64,000 nt of DNA from Candidatus Latescibacterota bacterium (GTDB lineage: Bacteria; Latescibacterota; UBA2968): the NCBI GenBank assembly GCA_965205975.1, contig OZ242195.1:3008001-3072000 (forward strand). The letters run 5' to 3'. The position numbers and the translations under genes are program-made. The notes under the pieces were generated by a model, which did not search any database, had not been told where the DNA came from, and was given only the letters and a program-made list of their open reading frames with translations. Positions 46,925-57,097 of this stretch are shown piece by piece; position 1 is the stretch's first letter, and each line of letters starts with the position of its first letter.

Positions 46925-47752
46925 TTACTTCTCCTCAGGCATCTCAACCGGCAAATCCAGCCGGTCACCCCACTCTTTCCACGACCCGATATAATTTCGG
47001 ACCTTTTCATAACCCAGCAACCGCAATGCCAGGTACGTTTGGGAAGAGCGGTACCCGCCCTGTCAGTAAGGCACAATTTCCTTATCGGGGGAAACACCCA
47101 CAGCCTCGTACATCGCCCGCAATTCATCCGCCGGCTTAAACGCCCCCGTCTCATCCAGATTATTCACATACTCAACATGCACAGCACCTGGAATAGCACC
47201 CCCTCGCGCAGCCCGCACATTGCGCCCGAAATACTCATCGTCACCGCGCGTATCCAGAGGCACAACATCCTCGCGCCCCAAAAGACCATTTAAAACATCG
47301 GCCCCCATGTGACGCCCCGGCACCGCCTCTGCGACAAACTCCGCAGGTTCTGCCTCCTCGCTATCCCTCGTCAATTCATAGCCCATGGCCGTCCAGGCAT
47401 TGCATCCCCCATCCAGCACGCGCACATCGGGATGGCCCAGATATTCACAAATCCAAAAACCGCGCGCCGCGCGCACCCCGGAATCATCCTCATACCAGAC
47501 CACCGTCTTATCCGTACCAATACCCCGGTTACTGAACAAATAACCGAGCATCCACATAAACGCCTCAAAAGCCTGTTCGCGGGTATCATTCAAACTGATT
47601 GAATAAAGATCCAGATGAAGCGCACCTGGAATATGCCCGGCGTGATATGCATGCGTCGGCCGCGTATCCACAATGCAGACATCGGCAGCCCTCTCATACA
47701 AATCCCGCGGCGAAATCAACAACTCGGGATTCGCATACCCTTTATCGCTCAT
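46925..47752 (-). CDS. Putative selenocysteine-containing tandem-domain rhodanese/sulfurtransferase
   Basis: GHIPGA, LDGG and GAIPGA motifs. TGA at 47065-47063 lies at the catalytic Cys position (IVPY-U-QGGYRS). The frame continues [22 protein letters not shown]...PEEK to TAA at 46925, completing the rhodanese C-terminal signature. Confidence 0.88.
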
Positions 47753-47968
47753 TTTCACCTCCTTGCAAAATGCGAATAGACGGAGCGGTGTACAACTGGC
47801 CGTATCTCAGGCCAGTTCATAGACGAACCCCGCCCAACTACCCAAAACCTCTGGATTGCGGCTAAAAACATGCCGCAATGACAGCTCTCATGTACATCAC
47901 CTGATTCGTCTGTGTATTTTATCCTACTCCAAAACCCGAACCAAAAACCAACTCATGTGTTCTACCCC

Positions 47969-47998
47969 TTGACAATATCCCCTACCAGCATCCATATT
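47969..47998 (+). promoter_or_regulatory. Putative sigma70 promoter of rfbA
   Basis: TTGACA-N18-CATATT, then AGGAG RBS and ATG 48025. Confidence 0.4.
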
Positions 47999-48024
47999 TA
48001 ACGCCCAAACATCAGGAGACATAT

Positions 48025-48891
48025 ATGAAAGGCATCTTACTCGCAGGTGGAGCTGGCACCCGCCTCTATCCCATCACGCGCGTGGTCAGCAAACAACTCC
48101 AGCCCGTTTACGACAAACCCATGATCTACTATCCCCTCTCCGTCCTCATGCTCGCCGGCATCCGCGATATATTGATCATCTCCACCCCCCACGACCTGCC
48201 CCTCTACCAACGTTTATTCGACGACGGCTCCTATATCGGCCTCAACATCACTTATGCCGAACAACCGCGCCCCGAAGGCGTCGCCCAGTCATTTGTGATC
48301 GGAAGCGATTTCATAGACCGCGACCCCGTCTGTCTAATATTTGGCGACAACATCTTCTACGGCCATGGACTCGGCGCAATATTAGATCGAGCCGGACAAC
48401 TCACCGAAGGTGGACTCATCTTTGGATATGCAGTAACCGACCCCGAGCGATATGGCGTCATCGAATTTGACAGCAAAGGCCGTATCATTGGCATAGAAGA
48501 AAAACCCGAACACCCCAAATCGCGCTACGCCGTTCCCGGCCTCTATTTTTACGACAATCAGGTCGTTGACATCGCCCGCAACCTCACGCCTTCAGCGCGT
48601 GGAGAATACGAAATCACCGATGTAAACGAAGAATATCTCAAACGCCAACAACTCGAAGTCGAACTCCTCGGCCGCGGGTATTGCTGGCTCGACACCGGCA
48701 CATTTGAATCGCTCCACCAGGCAGCGGGATTTGTGCAGGCAATACAGGAACGCCAGGGCCTCAAAATTGCGTGCATCGAAGAAATCGCCTATCGCCGGGG
48801 ATACATCGACGCCGCACAACTCGAACAACTCGCGCAAACCATGGCGCAAAACAGCTATGGACAATTCCTCTTATCTGTCCTGAACGAATAG
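48025..48891 (+). CDS. rfbA: Glucose-1-phosphate thymidylyltransferase
   Basis: [17 protein letters not shown]...[34 protein letters not shown]. Confidence 0.95.
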   Translation: MKGILLAGGAGTRLYPITRVVSKQLQPVYDKPMIYYPLSVLMLAGIRDILIISTPHDLPLYQRLFDDGSYIGLNITYAEQPRPEGVAQSFVIGSDFIDRDPVCLIFGDNIFYGHGLGAILDRAGQLTEGGLIFGYAVTDPERYGVIEFDSKGRIIGIEEKPEHPKSRYAVPGLYFYDNQVVDIARNLTPSARGEYEITDVNEEYLKRQQLEVELLGRGYCWLDTGTFESLHQAAGFVQAIQERQGLKIACIEEIAYRRGYIDAAQLEQLAQTMAQNSYGQFLLSVLNE

Positions 48892-48978
48892 ACGAATAGA
48901 CGAATAGACGAATAGACGAACCCCGCCCTACCCCCAAAGTCGTTACAAACTCCGTCGCCGATTCGTTGATTCGTTGAT
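48883..48978. repeat. Composite octamer repeat element
   Basis: (GAATAGAC)x4-GAACCCCGCCCTACCCCCAAA...ATTCGTTGATTCGTTGAT. Confidence 0.8.
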
Positions 48979-49030
48979 GAACTGGCCTGGGAATCGGCCA
49001 GTTGTACCCCGTTCCGTTGATTCGCGGTTC

Positions 49031-51835
49031 TCACACTATCGGATGCATCGCGTGCCAATCCGTAGCCTGTTCATAAGCGCGTGCAACAGCGAGAATCGTC
49101 GCCTCATCGTACAAATTGCCCAAAAAAGTCAACCCTCTCGGCGTACCCTCGGCAAACCCACACGGCAAAATAACCGCGGGATGTCCCGTCAAATTAGTCA
49201 CAGCCAAACTCGTCCTGCCACCGCGCGGCACCAGCACCGCATCCCAGTCTTGCATCACCTGCGCCACATCGCGCATCAACAGGGCACGCAAACGCTGCGC
49301 CCGCAAATACTCCACAGCCGTCACCGCGCGCGCCGCTCGAAAAGTATTGGGCCACGAACTCTTATCCGACTCCGTCATCACATCCAACTCGCCGCGCAGG
49401 GTTGCATCGTCAAACATCGCGGAAGCCTCAACCCGCAGCACCATCACAATCGCATCCGTTGGATAATCCGGCAACGAAACGGGTTGTAAATCAGCACCCA
49501 AACCGCGCATCACATCCAGTGCAGCGGCATAAACGCCAGTGGGATCTTCCCCATCTGCCTCCTTCCGAAACTCAGACGCCAAATATCCAATCCGCAACCC
49601 GGACAAATCCACATCGGGACGCCAGTTAAACGGCGCATCTACCACCGAGCGATCCTTTTCATCCGGTCCACAAATCGCGTGAAACACAGCAGCACAATCC
49701 TCTACACTGCGACACATAGGACCTAATTTATCCATTGTCCAGCTCAGAGCCATAGCCCCATAACGACTCACCCGCCCATAAGTCGGGCGCAACCCAACCA
49801 CACCGCATGTGTGACTGGGCGACACAATAGAACCGTGCGTTTCAGACCCGATACTAAACCCCACCAATCCCGCCGCAGTTGCCGCGCCAGACCCGGCTGA
49901 CGACCCGCTCGATCCCGCCTCGGTATCCCACGGATTGCGCGTCATACCCTCAAACCACGTCGGCCCCGACGCCAGCGCGCCCAGCGACAACTTGGCAACC
50001 AGCACAGCACCCGCCTGTCTCAATTTTTTCACCACACTCGCATCCTCATCCGGCACTTGATCCTTAAACGGCGTAGCCCCCCACGTCGTGCGAACACCCT
50101 TTGTACTCAACAGATCTTTCGCACCCCAGGGAATACCGTGCAACGGACCTCTATAATCGCCTCTGACAATCTCCGCCTCAGCGGCCTTTGCCTGTTCCAT
50201 CGCCAGATCTTCTGTCAGCGTAACCACACACTTCAATTTCTCGCCATAACGCGCAAGGCGATCCAGATACAACCGCGTCAACTCAACCGGTGAAATCTCC
50301 CTCTGCTCGATCAAACGCGCAAGAGAACTCACCGGCAAAAAAGCCAGCTCATCATCGGCATCTGGCCGCGCAATATTTGCGTCACTCAGCACAAACGGCT
50401 GCTGTTCGCCCTCGGGCACATCCCCCGGCACAAACACCAGAGGTGGCTCGACATCATACCCCACCGACACATCGCGCAAAGCAACATATTGCCGCCCCTG
50501 CCTTTCAATTTGCCCCCGTACCTTTTGCCATTGCGCCCTGGAAAATGGCAGACGGGCAACATCTGCCAACCCCGACACCGCGCGATCCACCAGTGCATTC
50601 TCGCGCTCGGCAACCTCGTCCAAAAACACATGCCGAATTTCCGTATCGATATCCGGGCTGCATCCCTCACCTATTTCACCGTGCGTGTACAAAAGCTGGG
50701 GAACCCCGATCTTGTTCTCGGGCGTGGCGCAACGCTCCAAACTCGGCAACCAATCCGACACCGTCTCATCCTCCGGCGAAACCCGGTATGCCCGCCAGGT
50801 CTCCCCCACATCCCGCGATACAAACAACACAATCGCATTTGTCGGATCGGCCCAATGCCCACCGCGCTTACACACCACACCCGCCGCGTACAGCACACCA
50901 TCCTTTGACACACTCAACACACACCGATCTGACATCGCACACCGCCCAAAAACTTTCTCAGCCAAAGGCAAAAAAGACTCGCGCTCCCATTTCCCCCTTT
51001 GCCAGCGATACAAAAACGTCTCCTCAAACTCGCCCTCTCGCCGGTTCAACGTAAAAAGCACCACATCGCCCGCACAGGTCACCACATTGCCAATGCGAAT
51101 ATCGAACCCATCGCTGTATTCAATCACACACGGAGAATCCGGCGTCACGGGCAAGCCGAGCCTCTCCCCCGCCACAGTCTCCCAGGTCTCACCCCAATCG
51201 CGCGACCGCATAATACCAAAACCGCGGCCCTTTGTATCCCCCGGATTATCCTCATTACTCCGCGCCAGATGAAAAGACAAATACAGCACATCCCCTTCAA
51301 TATGGATACAATTCTCAAGGTGTACATAAGCCGGCGGACCCTGCGGATCGACCAACTTCACCGGCACTGTCCAATCCCCATCCACGGACCGCTGCTGATA
51401 AAACAAGCCCCAGGGCCGCTCCCGCTGATATGCCCCCCGATAACACGCATGCAACACATCGCGCGCATCACAAACCAGACTGGGATACGTCGCATTCACA
51501 CCACCAAAAGGAGAAAGGATTCTCCACGCCGACGTATCATTGGGACGCACACTCACCGCGTGTTGCATCGGATTGTGATGCGGACCAAACGCGAGATAGA
51601 GAAACCCCTTCGCATCCATAGTCATCGCCGCACCCGCGTGATTATCAACCCCATCCGCCACAAAAACTGGATCGCCCCACACTTTCGCCTCGTGACAATA
51701 GGTTGCCACATACGTCTTGTGAATCTGATCCAGCCACACCACATGCGTCTTGCCCTCATGCGTAATAATTTTATTGCTCATCCCATAAGCCGTACCGCGC
51801 GTCGAGCCAGTCTTTGACAAAACAGTGTATTCCAT
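49031..51835 (-). CDS. BNR-4/sialidase-like propeller fused to an amidase-signature (GatA-like) domain
   Basis: N-terminal D.H and ATYP motifs and S.D.GETW Asp-boxes; C-terminal GPLHGIPWGAKD, GSSGSSAGS, GSETHGSI.SP. Start taken at MEYTV. Confidence 0.8.
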   Translation of the reverse strand: MEYTVLSKTGSTRGTAYGMSNKIITHEGKTHVVWLDQIHKTYVATYCHEAKVWGDPVFVADGVDNHAGAAMTMDAKGFLYLAFGPHHNPMQHAVSVRPNDTSAWRILSPFGGVNATYPSLVCDARDVLHACYRGAYQRERPWGLFYQQRSVDGDWTVPVKLVDPQGPPAYVHLENCIHIEGDVLYLSFHLARSNEDNPGDTKGRGFGIMRSRDWGETWETVAGERLGLPVTPDSPCVIEYSDGFDIRIGNVVTCAGDVVLFTLNRREGEFEETFLYRWQRGKWERESFLPLAEKVFGRCAMSDRCVLSVSKDGVLYAAGVVCKRGGHWADPTNAIVLFVSRDVGETWRAYRVSPEDETVSDWLPSLERCATPENKIGVPQLLYTHGEIGEGCSPDIDTEIRHVFLDEVAERENALVDRAVSGLADVARLPFSRAQWQKVRGQIERQGRQYVALRDVSVGYDVEPPLVFVPGDVPEGEQQPFVLSDANIARPDADDELAFLPVSSLARLIEQREISPVELTRLYLDRLARYGEKLKCVVTLTEDLAMEQAKAAEAEIVRGDYRGPLHGIPWGAKDLLSTKGVRTTWGATPFKDQVPDEDASVVKKLRQAGAVLVAKLSLGALASGPTWFEGMTRNPWDTEAGSSGSSAGSGAATAAGLVGFSIGSETHGSIVSPSHTCGVVGLRPTYGRVSRYGAMALSWTMDKLGPMCRSVEDCAAVFHAICGPDEKDRSVVDAPFNWRPDVDLSGLRIGYLASEFRKEADGEDPTGVYAAALDVMRGLGADLQPVSLPDYPTDAIVMVLRVEASAMFDDATLRGELDVMTESDKSSWPNTFRAARAVTAVEYLRAQRLRALLMRDVAQVMQDWDAVLVPRGGRTSLAVTNLTGHPAVILPCGFAEGTPRGLTFLGNLYDEATILAVARAYEQATDWHAMHPIV

Positions 51836-51995
51836 GAAAACTCCCTTTGGATGGACACGCAGGGGACACACGGTCCCTACTTCTGATTCTCATCTGCGTC
51901 CATCTGCGTCCATCTGCGGATACTCTCGGTCTTGTTGCGTTCCTCTCCGCGACTCACTATAATAGACATCATCAACTTCATCTGAAAGGAAAGAA

Positions 51996-52823
51996 ATGCC
52001 CAATCTCAAAAACAAAGTCGCCCTGATAACCGGTGCGGGAGGTGAACACGGCATTGGGCGTGCAATAGCGCGGCGTTTTGCGCGAGAAGGCGCCGATATT
52101 GTTATCTGTGATATAGATGCAAATGCCCGCGGCAACTGGGCTGGATTGCCCGCGGTTGCCGAAGAAATCGAAGCAATGGGACGCCGGGTTCTCGCAACAG
52201 AAGTCGATGTAACCAGCGCAGAGCAAGTCGAACAAATGGTACAGGCCGCACGCGCGCGCTTTGGCAAAATCGACATCCTCGTCAACAATGCGGGTGCCCC
52301 CGCTGGACCGGACCGCGTACCCGTTGCCGAATTAGAAGAAGACACCTTCGACCATGTTCAACGCGTAAATGTCAAAGGCACCTTCTTGTGCTCCCGCGCC
52401 GTTGTCCGCCACCTCACCAAGCGGAACAACGGGGGCAAAATTATCAACATCTCATCAACTGCGGGCCTGCGCGGAAGTGCCAGATTCGCGGCCTATTGCG
52501 CCTCAAAATTTGCCGTCATTGGATTCACGCAATGCCTCGCCCAGGAAATGGGACCCTACGGCATTCAGGTCAACGCAATTTGCCCCGGCCTGATTGAAAC
52601 CGAACGCCTGCACGGCATAGCCAGCGGACTAAAGCCCAGCGGAACATCAATCGAAGACTTTAGAGCGCAAATGGTCGAACGCTCCTCTCAGAACAATCCA
52701 CTCGGACGCATTGGACAGCCAGAAGATGTTGCAAACGTCGCTGCATTTTTGGCCTCTCCCGATGGCGATTACATGACCGGACAGGCAATCAGCATATCGG
52801 GCGGAGCGGCCATGGTGCGTTAA
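51996..52823 (+). CDS. Short-chain dehydrogenase/reductase
   Basis: TGAG...GIG, NNAG, YCASK, CPG.IET. Confidence 0.9.
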   Translation: MPNLKNKVALITGAGGEHGIGRAIARRFAREGADIVICDIDANARGNWAGLPAVAEEIEAMGRRVLATEVDVTSAEQVEQMVQAARARFGKIDILVNNAGAPAGPDRVPVAELEEDTFDHVQRVNVKGTFLCSRAVVRHLTKRNNGGKIINISSTAGLRGSARFAAYCASKFAVIGFTQCLAQEMGPYGIQVNAICPGLIETERLHGIASGLKPSGTSIEDFRAQMVERSSQNNPLGRIGQPEDVANVAAFLASPDGDYMTGQAISISGGAAMVR

Positions 52824-53656
52824 TACAAAATGCGTTGATCGCTCAAATCCTTGCCACCAACTGTACGCGTAAGCGACCCACCCAAATATTCCACAACCTC
52901 CAGATCGGCCAGCGCATTGACAATATTATACATCGTGGGCAAATCTTCCCAACGCGCGCGGTTCCACGCAATACACCCATCACCGACCAGATGCTCTTCA
53001 ACCTTTCGATGTCCTCCCTTTGCTGGCGTAATAACCGGATAGGCAATATCCTCCTTACCCCATACGCCCGTTCGCGGCATATATTTGTAGTGAAGTGTCC
53101 CATCGACTTTCGCGCCACCGCCCTTCGCAGGCGTCGGATCTTCGGATTTTGGCCTCAGATTCGTCACCGAAATATCCAGAAAATTGAACCCCAACCAACC
53201 CGCAACAGCCTGCGCCTCACTGCTCGTAATACGCGGCTCGGGCATCTCGCAATAGATCTTTGAAAACCCGAGTTCCTCACGCCCGGTAATAATCGGGTCA
53301 CACAAATTCTCCCACAACACAGAAAGAAAAGGCCCGCGAACATGGTCTCTCGCCCCCTTAAACACCGCCGGAAAAGAAACACCCAGAATATTGTAACCGC
53401 GCCCCGCCAACCATTCAATTTCCTTCATATAATTGGCATACACCGACACAACAGGCTCTCCGCCGAGTTCAAAACACTCGGGCAAAAGCGCCTTAAGCTG
53501 CTCCGCATTTGAAAGGAACGACACCGAAATCGACGTATTCTTCGGATTATCCACACATTCAAATTTACGACCATCTGGCCCCTGGCGAGGACCCATAAGC
53601 GGGCCGAAATGCGTGGGCATGCGATACATCTTGCCGGGTTGAAATTTATAAGCCAT
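52820..53656 (-). CDS. Acetoacetate decarboxylase family protein
   Basis: MPTHFGP, WLAGRGYN, LWEN..DPIITGREELGFSK motifs. Confidence 0.75.
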   Translation of the reverse strand: MAYKFQPGKMYRMPTHFGPLMGPRQGPDGRKFECVDNPKNTSISVSFLSNAEQLKALLPECFELGGEPVVSVYANYMKEIEWLAGRGYNILGVSFPAVFKGARDHVRGPFLSVLWENLCDPIITGREELGFSKIYCEMPEPRITSSEAQAVAGWLGFNFLDISVTNLRPKSEDPTPAKGGGAKVDGTLHYKYMPRTGVWGKEDIAYPVITPAKGGHRKVEEHLVGDGCIAWNRARWEDLPTMYNIVNALADLEVVEYLGGSLTRTVGGKDLSDQRILY

Positions 53657-53681
53657 AAAAACTCCTTTTTTGTGTTTTTAC

Positions 53682-54494
53682 CTACTCCTCCTGCAAATTA
53701 TCAACCATAGACAGCGGCGACCCTGCGAAAAGCCCGGCATCCACGGGCAGGACCACCCCCGAAATCCAGCGCGACTCATCGCTGCCCAAAAACACGGCAG
53801 CCCAGGCAATATCCCATGCATTTCCCTCTGTGCCCAGCGGCGCAATCTTGCGGCGGCGCTCTCGCGACTCCTGGGGAATATTGCCGACAAAAGTCGTGTG
53901 AAGATGCCCGGGCGCAATACTATTCACGCGCACATTCTCTCGCCCGTGGTGAACCGCAGCCAGCCGCGTCAGCGCGATAATCCCCCCCTTGGTAATCCCG
54001 TAAGGAACATTGCGCGAATTGCCAGCTCGCATACCGTCAATAGACGAAATATTAATCACAGAACCCCCGCCGGAAGCCGCCATCTCGGGAATCGCGTACT
54101 TACATAAAAAAACCATACTCTTAAGCCCCACATCCATCACGCGATGCCAGTTCTCCTCTTCGACTTCTGTCACCCTGCCAGGCCCGTGAATACCCACATT
54201 ATTAAACAGAATATCCAATTTCCCATAGTGTTCAATCGCCGCATCCACAATCGCCCGACACTCATCCGTCTTTGAAACATCGGCCAAAACAATCTCTGCC
54301 TCTCCACCCTCTGCCTGAATCTCCGCCCGGGTCCTCTCCGCATTCTCCCCGTCAATATCCGCCAGAATTACCCTCGCACCTTCCCGGGCAAAAAGCACCG
54401 CAGTCGCACTCCCCACCCCCCTCAACTTCTCATCCTCAACCTCGCGCGTCCCCGCACCCGTAACAATAGCGACCTTATCTTTCAAACGATCCAT
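53682..54494 (-). CDS. Short-chain dehydrogenase/reductase
   Basis: TGAG...GVG, NNVG, YGITK, VDAG. Confidence 0.9.
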   Translation of the reverse strand: MDRLKDKVAIVTGAGTREVEDEKLRGVGSATAVLFAREGARVILADIDGENAERTRAEIQAEGGEAEIVLADVSKTDECRAIVDAAIEHYGKLDILFNNVGIHGPGRVTEVEEENWHRVMDVGLKSMVFLCKYAIPEMAASGGGSVINISSIDGMRAGNSRNVPYGITKGGIIALTRLAAVHHGRENVRVNSIAPGHLHTTFVGNIPQESRERRRKIAPLGTEGNAWDIAWAAVFLGSDESRWISGVVLPVDAGLFAGSPLSMVDNLQEE

Positions 54495-54504
54495 AAACAG
54501 TCCC

Positions 54505-55950
54505 TCATCTCCTCAAATTTACCCACTGCTGATATTTGTCGTGATCAAAGCGGTCGCGCAGTGGACCAATATGCGTCTCAATCAGACCCTGGCGAACTGA
54601 CTCAAGCTCCGCATCTTCCACCAGATTATTCAACTCATCCGGATCAGCCTCAACATCATACAATTCAACAGGCCTCTCCGAAACCGATTCCACCCCGAGT
54701 TTATATCGCCCGTCAAACACCATCGTATGGCCCAAAACCTCGCTAATCACAGCATCCTTCCCCCTCTGCGCGCCCTCTGCATCGGCACCCGCTTGAACCT
54801 GTGAAACAAGAGACTGCCCATCGGTCTGCAAAGGTACGGCATCCGCAATATCAACAACAGAAGCAGCCACATCAATCACATCGGTCAACGCCCCGGTTTG
54901 CCATCCTTGCGTACCTCCCGGCGGGCGCACAATCAGAGGAACGCGAACAGACGCATCGTAAAAAACGATCTTATTATACAACATATGATCGCCCAGCATC
55001 TCGCCGTGATCCGAGTTGTAAATCACCCATGTATTATCCGCGAGACCGGTCTCCTCAAGCGCGTCGAGCATCTCGCCAATATAGTGATCGATAAGCGTAA
55101 TCTTCGCGAAATAATTCACCATCATGATTTGCTTTTGCTCAACCGTCATACCCGACAAATTCTTACTCCTCTGCATACGTCGAACATTCAGCGGAACGGG
55201 ATCACCCGGCGCATCCATAATACCCGTGGGCATATCCCCGGGATCGTACATATCCCGGTACTCCTGCGGAGAATCAAACGGATCGTGGGGACCTGGACAA
55301 AGAACCTGCAAATAAAAAGGCTTATCGCCCTTGTAATCGCGAATCCAATTCGCCGCGGTACGCCCCGTATAACTATCCAAATGTGCCTCAGTAGGCAGTG
55401 GACAGGGAGGTTCCTCCCAGGGCTTAAGCGTCCCACTCTGCCAGGGAATGCGAAAATCATTGATAAATTTTCGATGCGTCCCCAACAGACCCATCTCTTC
55501 GAGATAATCGGTATAAGGCGAACTGTGTCTTCCCGAAGCAATCGGACCGTGAAGCTCGTGCGGATCGTCAAACCCCCACGCATTGAGCACATTGACGCGA
55601 TCTCTGCTATGCGAAGCCGGAACCCCGCCGTGGAGATAGAGATGTGACTTCCCGATCAAAGCCGTGTGATAACCCGCATCGCGCACCTGACGCACATGGC
55701 TGGGACCTTCACAATCGGCATCCTGGTCATTTGCCCACAGCCCGTGCTCGCGGGGATACAGACCGCTCATCATAGACGCGCGAGACGGCATACACAGCGG
55801 ACAATTGGTATAGCACTGCGTATAAGTAACACTCTCAAACGCGAGGCGATCCAGATTCGGCGTCTTAACTACCGGATGCCCAACGCACCCCATCGCATCG
55901 CCGCGATGCTGGTCGGAAAAGATATAGAGAATATTGGGTTGATCAGCCAT
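54505..55950 (-). CDS. Sulfatase (formylglycine-dependent)
   Basis: PNILYIFSDQHR, CMPSR, GKSH, PHDP, SDHGEM; ATG 55950 after AGGGAG. Confidence 0.9.
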   Translation of the reverse strand: MADQPNILYIFSDQHRGDAMGCVGHPVVKTPNLDRLAFESVTYTQCYTNCPLCMPSRASMMSGLYPREHGLWANDQDADCEGPSHVRQVRDAGYHTALIGKSHLYLHGGVPASHSRDRVNVLNAWGFDDPHELHGPIASGRHSSPYTDYLEEMGLLGTHRKFINDFRIPWQSGTLKPWEEPPCPLPTEAHLDSYTGRTAANWIRDYKGDKPFYLQVLCPGPHDPFDSPQEYRDMYDPGDMPTGIMDAPGDPVPLNVRRMQRSKNLSGMTVEQKQIMMVNYFAKITLIDHYIGEMLDALEETGLADNTWVIYNSDHGEMLGDHMLYNKIVFYDASVRVPLIVRPPGGTQGWQTGALTDVIDVAASVVDIADAVPLQTDGQSLVSQVQAGADAEGAQRGKDAVISEVLGHTMVFDGRYKLGVESVSERPVELYDVEADPDELNNLVEDAELESVRQGLIETHIGPLRDRFDHDKYQQWVNLRR

Positions 55951-55962
55951 GAAAACTCCCTT

Positions 55963-56057
55963 GCGAATCAACGAATCAACGAATCTGCGAATCTGCGAAC
56001 CCCGCCCATCCTCCAAAACCAGTATGTATCTCCATTCGTCTATTCGTCTATTCGTCA
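55963..56057. repeat. Composite octamer repeat element
   Basis: GCGAATCAACGAATCAACGAATCTGCGAATCTGCGAACCCCGCCC...ATTCGTCTATTCGTCTATTCGTC. Confidence 0.8.
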
Positions 56058-57092
56058 TCTCGGAATCACGACCCTGCGTCCTCTCGACATCAGTGCCGCC
56101 TCATAAACCTTCATAACAGACAGCGCGAACGCCAGGGACCCGACCTCTGCCGTCCTATCCTCCAGAACACAATCGCAGAAATAGCGCATCTCATTGTAAA
56201 AACCCTGCGTAAAGAGTGCCTTATTCTCAAGGGTCCCCAGCGTATCCTGAGGCTCCCATGAGATCGTACCAGAATCCAAACCCGTGGGAATATAACTTCT
56301 CGTACTTGAATAATTAAAAGGAATACCGCGTTCCAGAGTCACGCGAAGATCTTTATCAATCGCCACATGCTGATTCCCCCAAAATGCATACCGCTCGCAT
56401 CCACGACGCGCAGAAACCAGATTAAAAGACCCCACGACACCACTCGCAAATTCGAGAATACACACACCGCCACCGTGATCGCTTCTATGCATAGTAACAG
56501 CCGAAACATCTCCTCCAACAGCCAGAAGCAGCGAAAGCGGATGACAGCCATTCTTCAGCCAGTTGGGCGCTTCGCGCGCTCTGAGCACCTGCTCCCCATC
56601 CTCGGGAATCGTCATCGGATACTCTGCGGAAAGTCCCCTGAGCGGACCGCAATCCTCTGTCCCCATCAACTCAATCACCTTCCGGGTCGCCGGCATAAAT
56701 GCCTTCTTAAAACCCACAACAACCACGCGATCCCCGCGATGGCGCATCATCGTTTCCACCTCGGAAGCCAGCGTAGCGGGCGGCTTCTCCATCCACACAT
56801 GCAGCCCGGCATCCAACGCCTCGCACGCCAGCTCTGGATGTGCTTCCGGAGACACACAGATAAAAACGCAATCCAAATCCTCACCCGCGTACATATCCGC
56901 AGTGCTGGCATAGCAAGCATCCACGCCGTATTCCTCCGCCGTCGCCTTCGCGAGATCCAGCCTCAAATCGCAAAAAGCCTTAAGCCTCACCGGAAGATAA
57001 TGCATCGCAGGCAGGATATTCCTGTAGCAATGTGACCCGATGCCAACAACGCCGACATTCAGCCGACTTTCAAACTCTCTCTGATAACTCAT
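56055..57092 (-). CDS. Gfo/Idh/MocA family oxidoreductase
   Basis: [17 protein letters not shown]. Confidence 0.85.
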   Translation of the reverse strand: MSYQREFESRLNVGVVGIGSHCYRNILPAMHYLPVRLKAFCDLRLDLAKATAEEYGVDACYASTADMYAGEDLDCVFICVSPEAHPELACEALDAGLHVWMEKPPATLASEVETMMRHRGDRVVVVGFKKAFMPATRKVIELMGTEDCGPLRGLSAEYPMTIPEDGEQVLRAREAPNWLKNGCHPLSLLLAVGGDVSAVTMHRSDHGGGVCILEFASGVVGSFNLVSARRGCERYAFWGNQHVAIDKDLRVTLERGIPFNYSSTRSYIPTGLDSGTISWEPQDTLGTLENKALFTQGFYNEMRYFCDCVLEDRTAEVGSLAFALSVMKVYEAALMSRGRRVVIPR

Positions 57093-57097
57093 AGCTA

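Noticed and set aside
46906..47154. N-terminal extension of the sulfatase given in the ORF track
   Set aside because: It overlaps the read-through C-terminus of the rhodanese; a strong RBS supports the TTG start at 46905.
48025..48891. Polysaccharide biosynthesis island around rfbA
   Set aside because: rfbA is isolated; no rfbB/C/D or glycosyltransferase genes are adjacent.
55951..56058. N-terminal extension of the second sulfatase
   Set aside because: It consists of translated octamer repeats; RBS and homology support ATG 55950.
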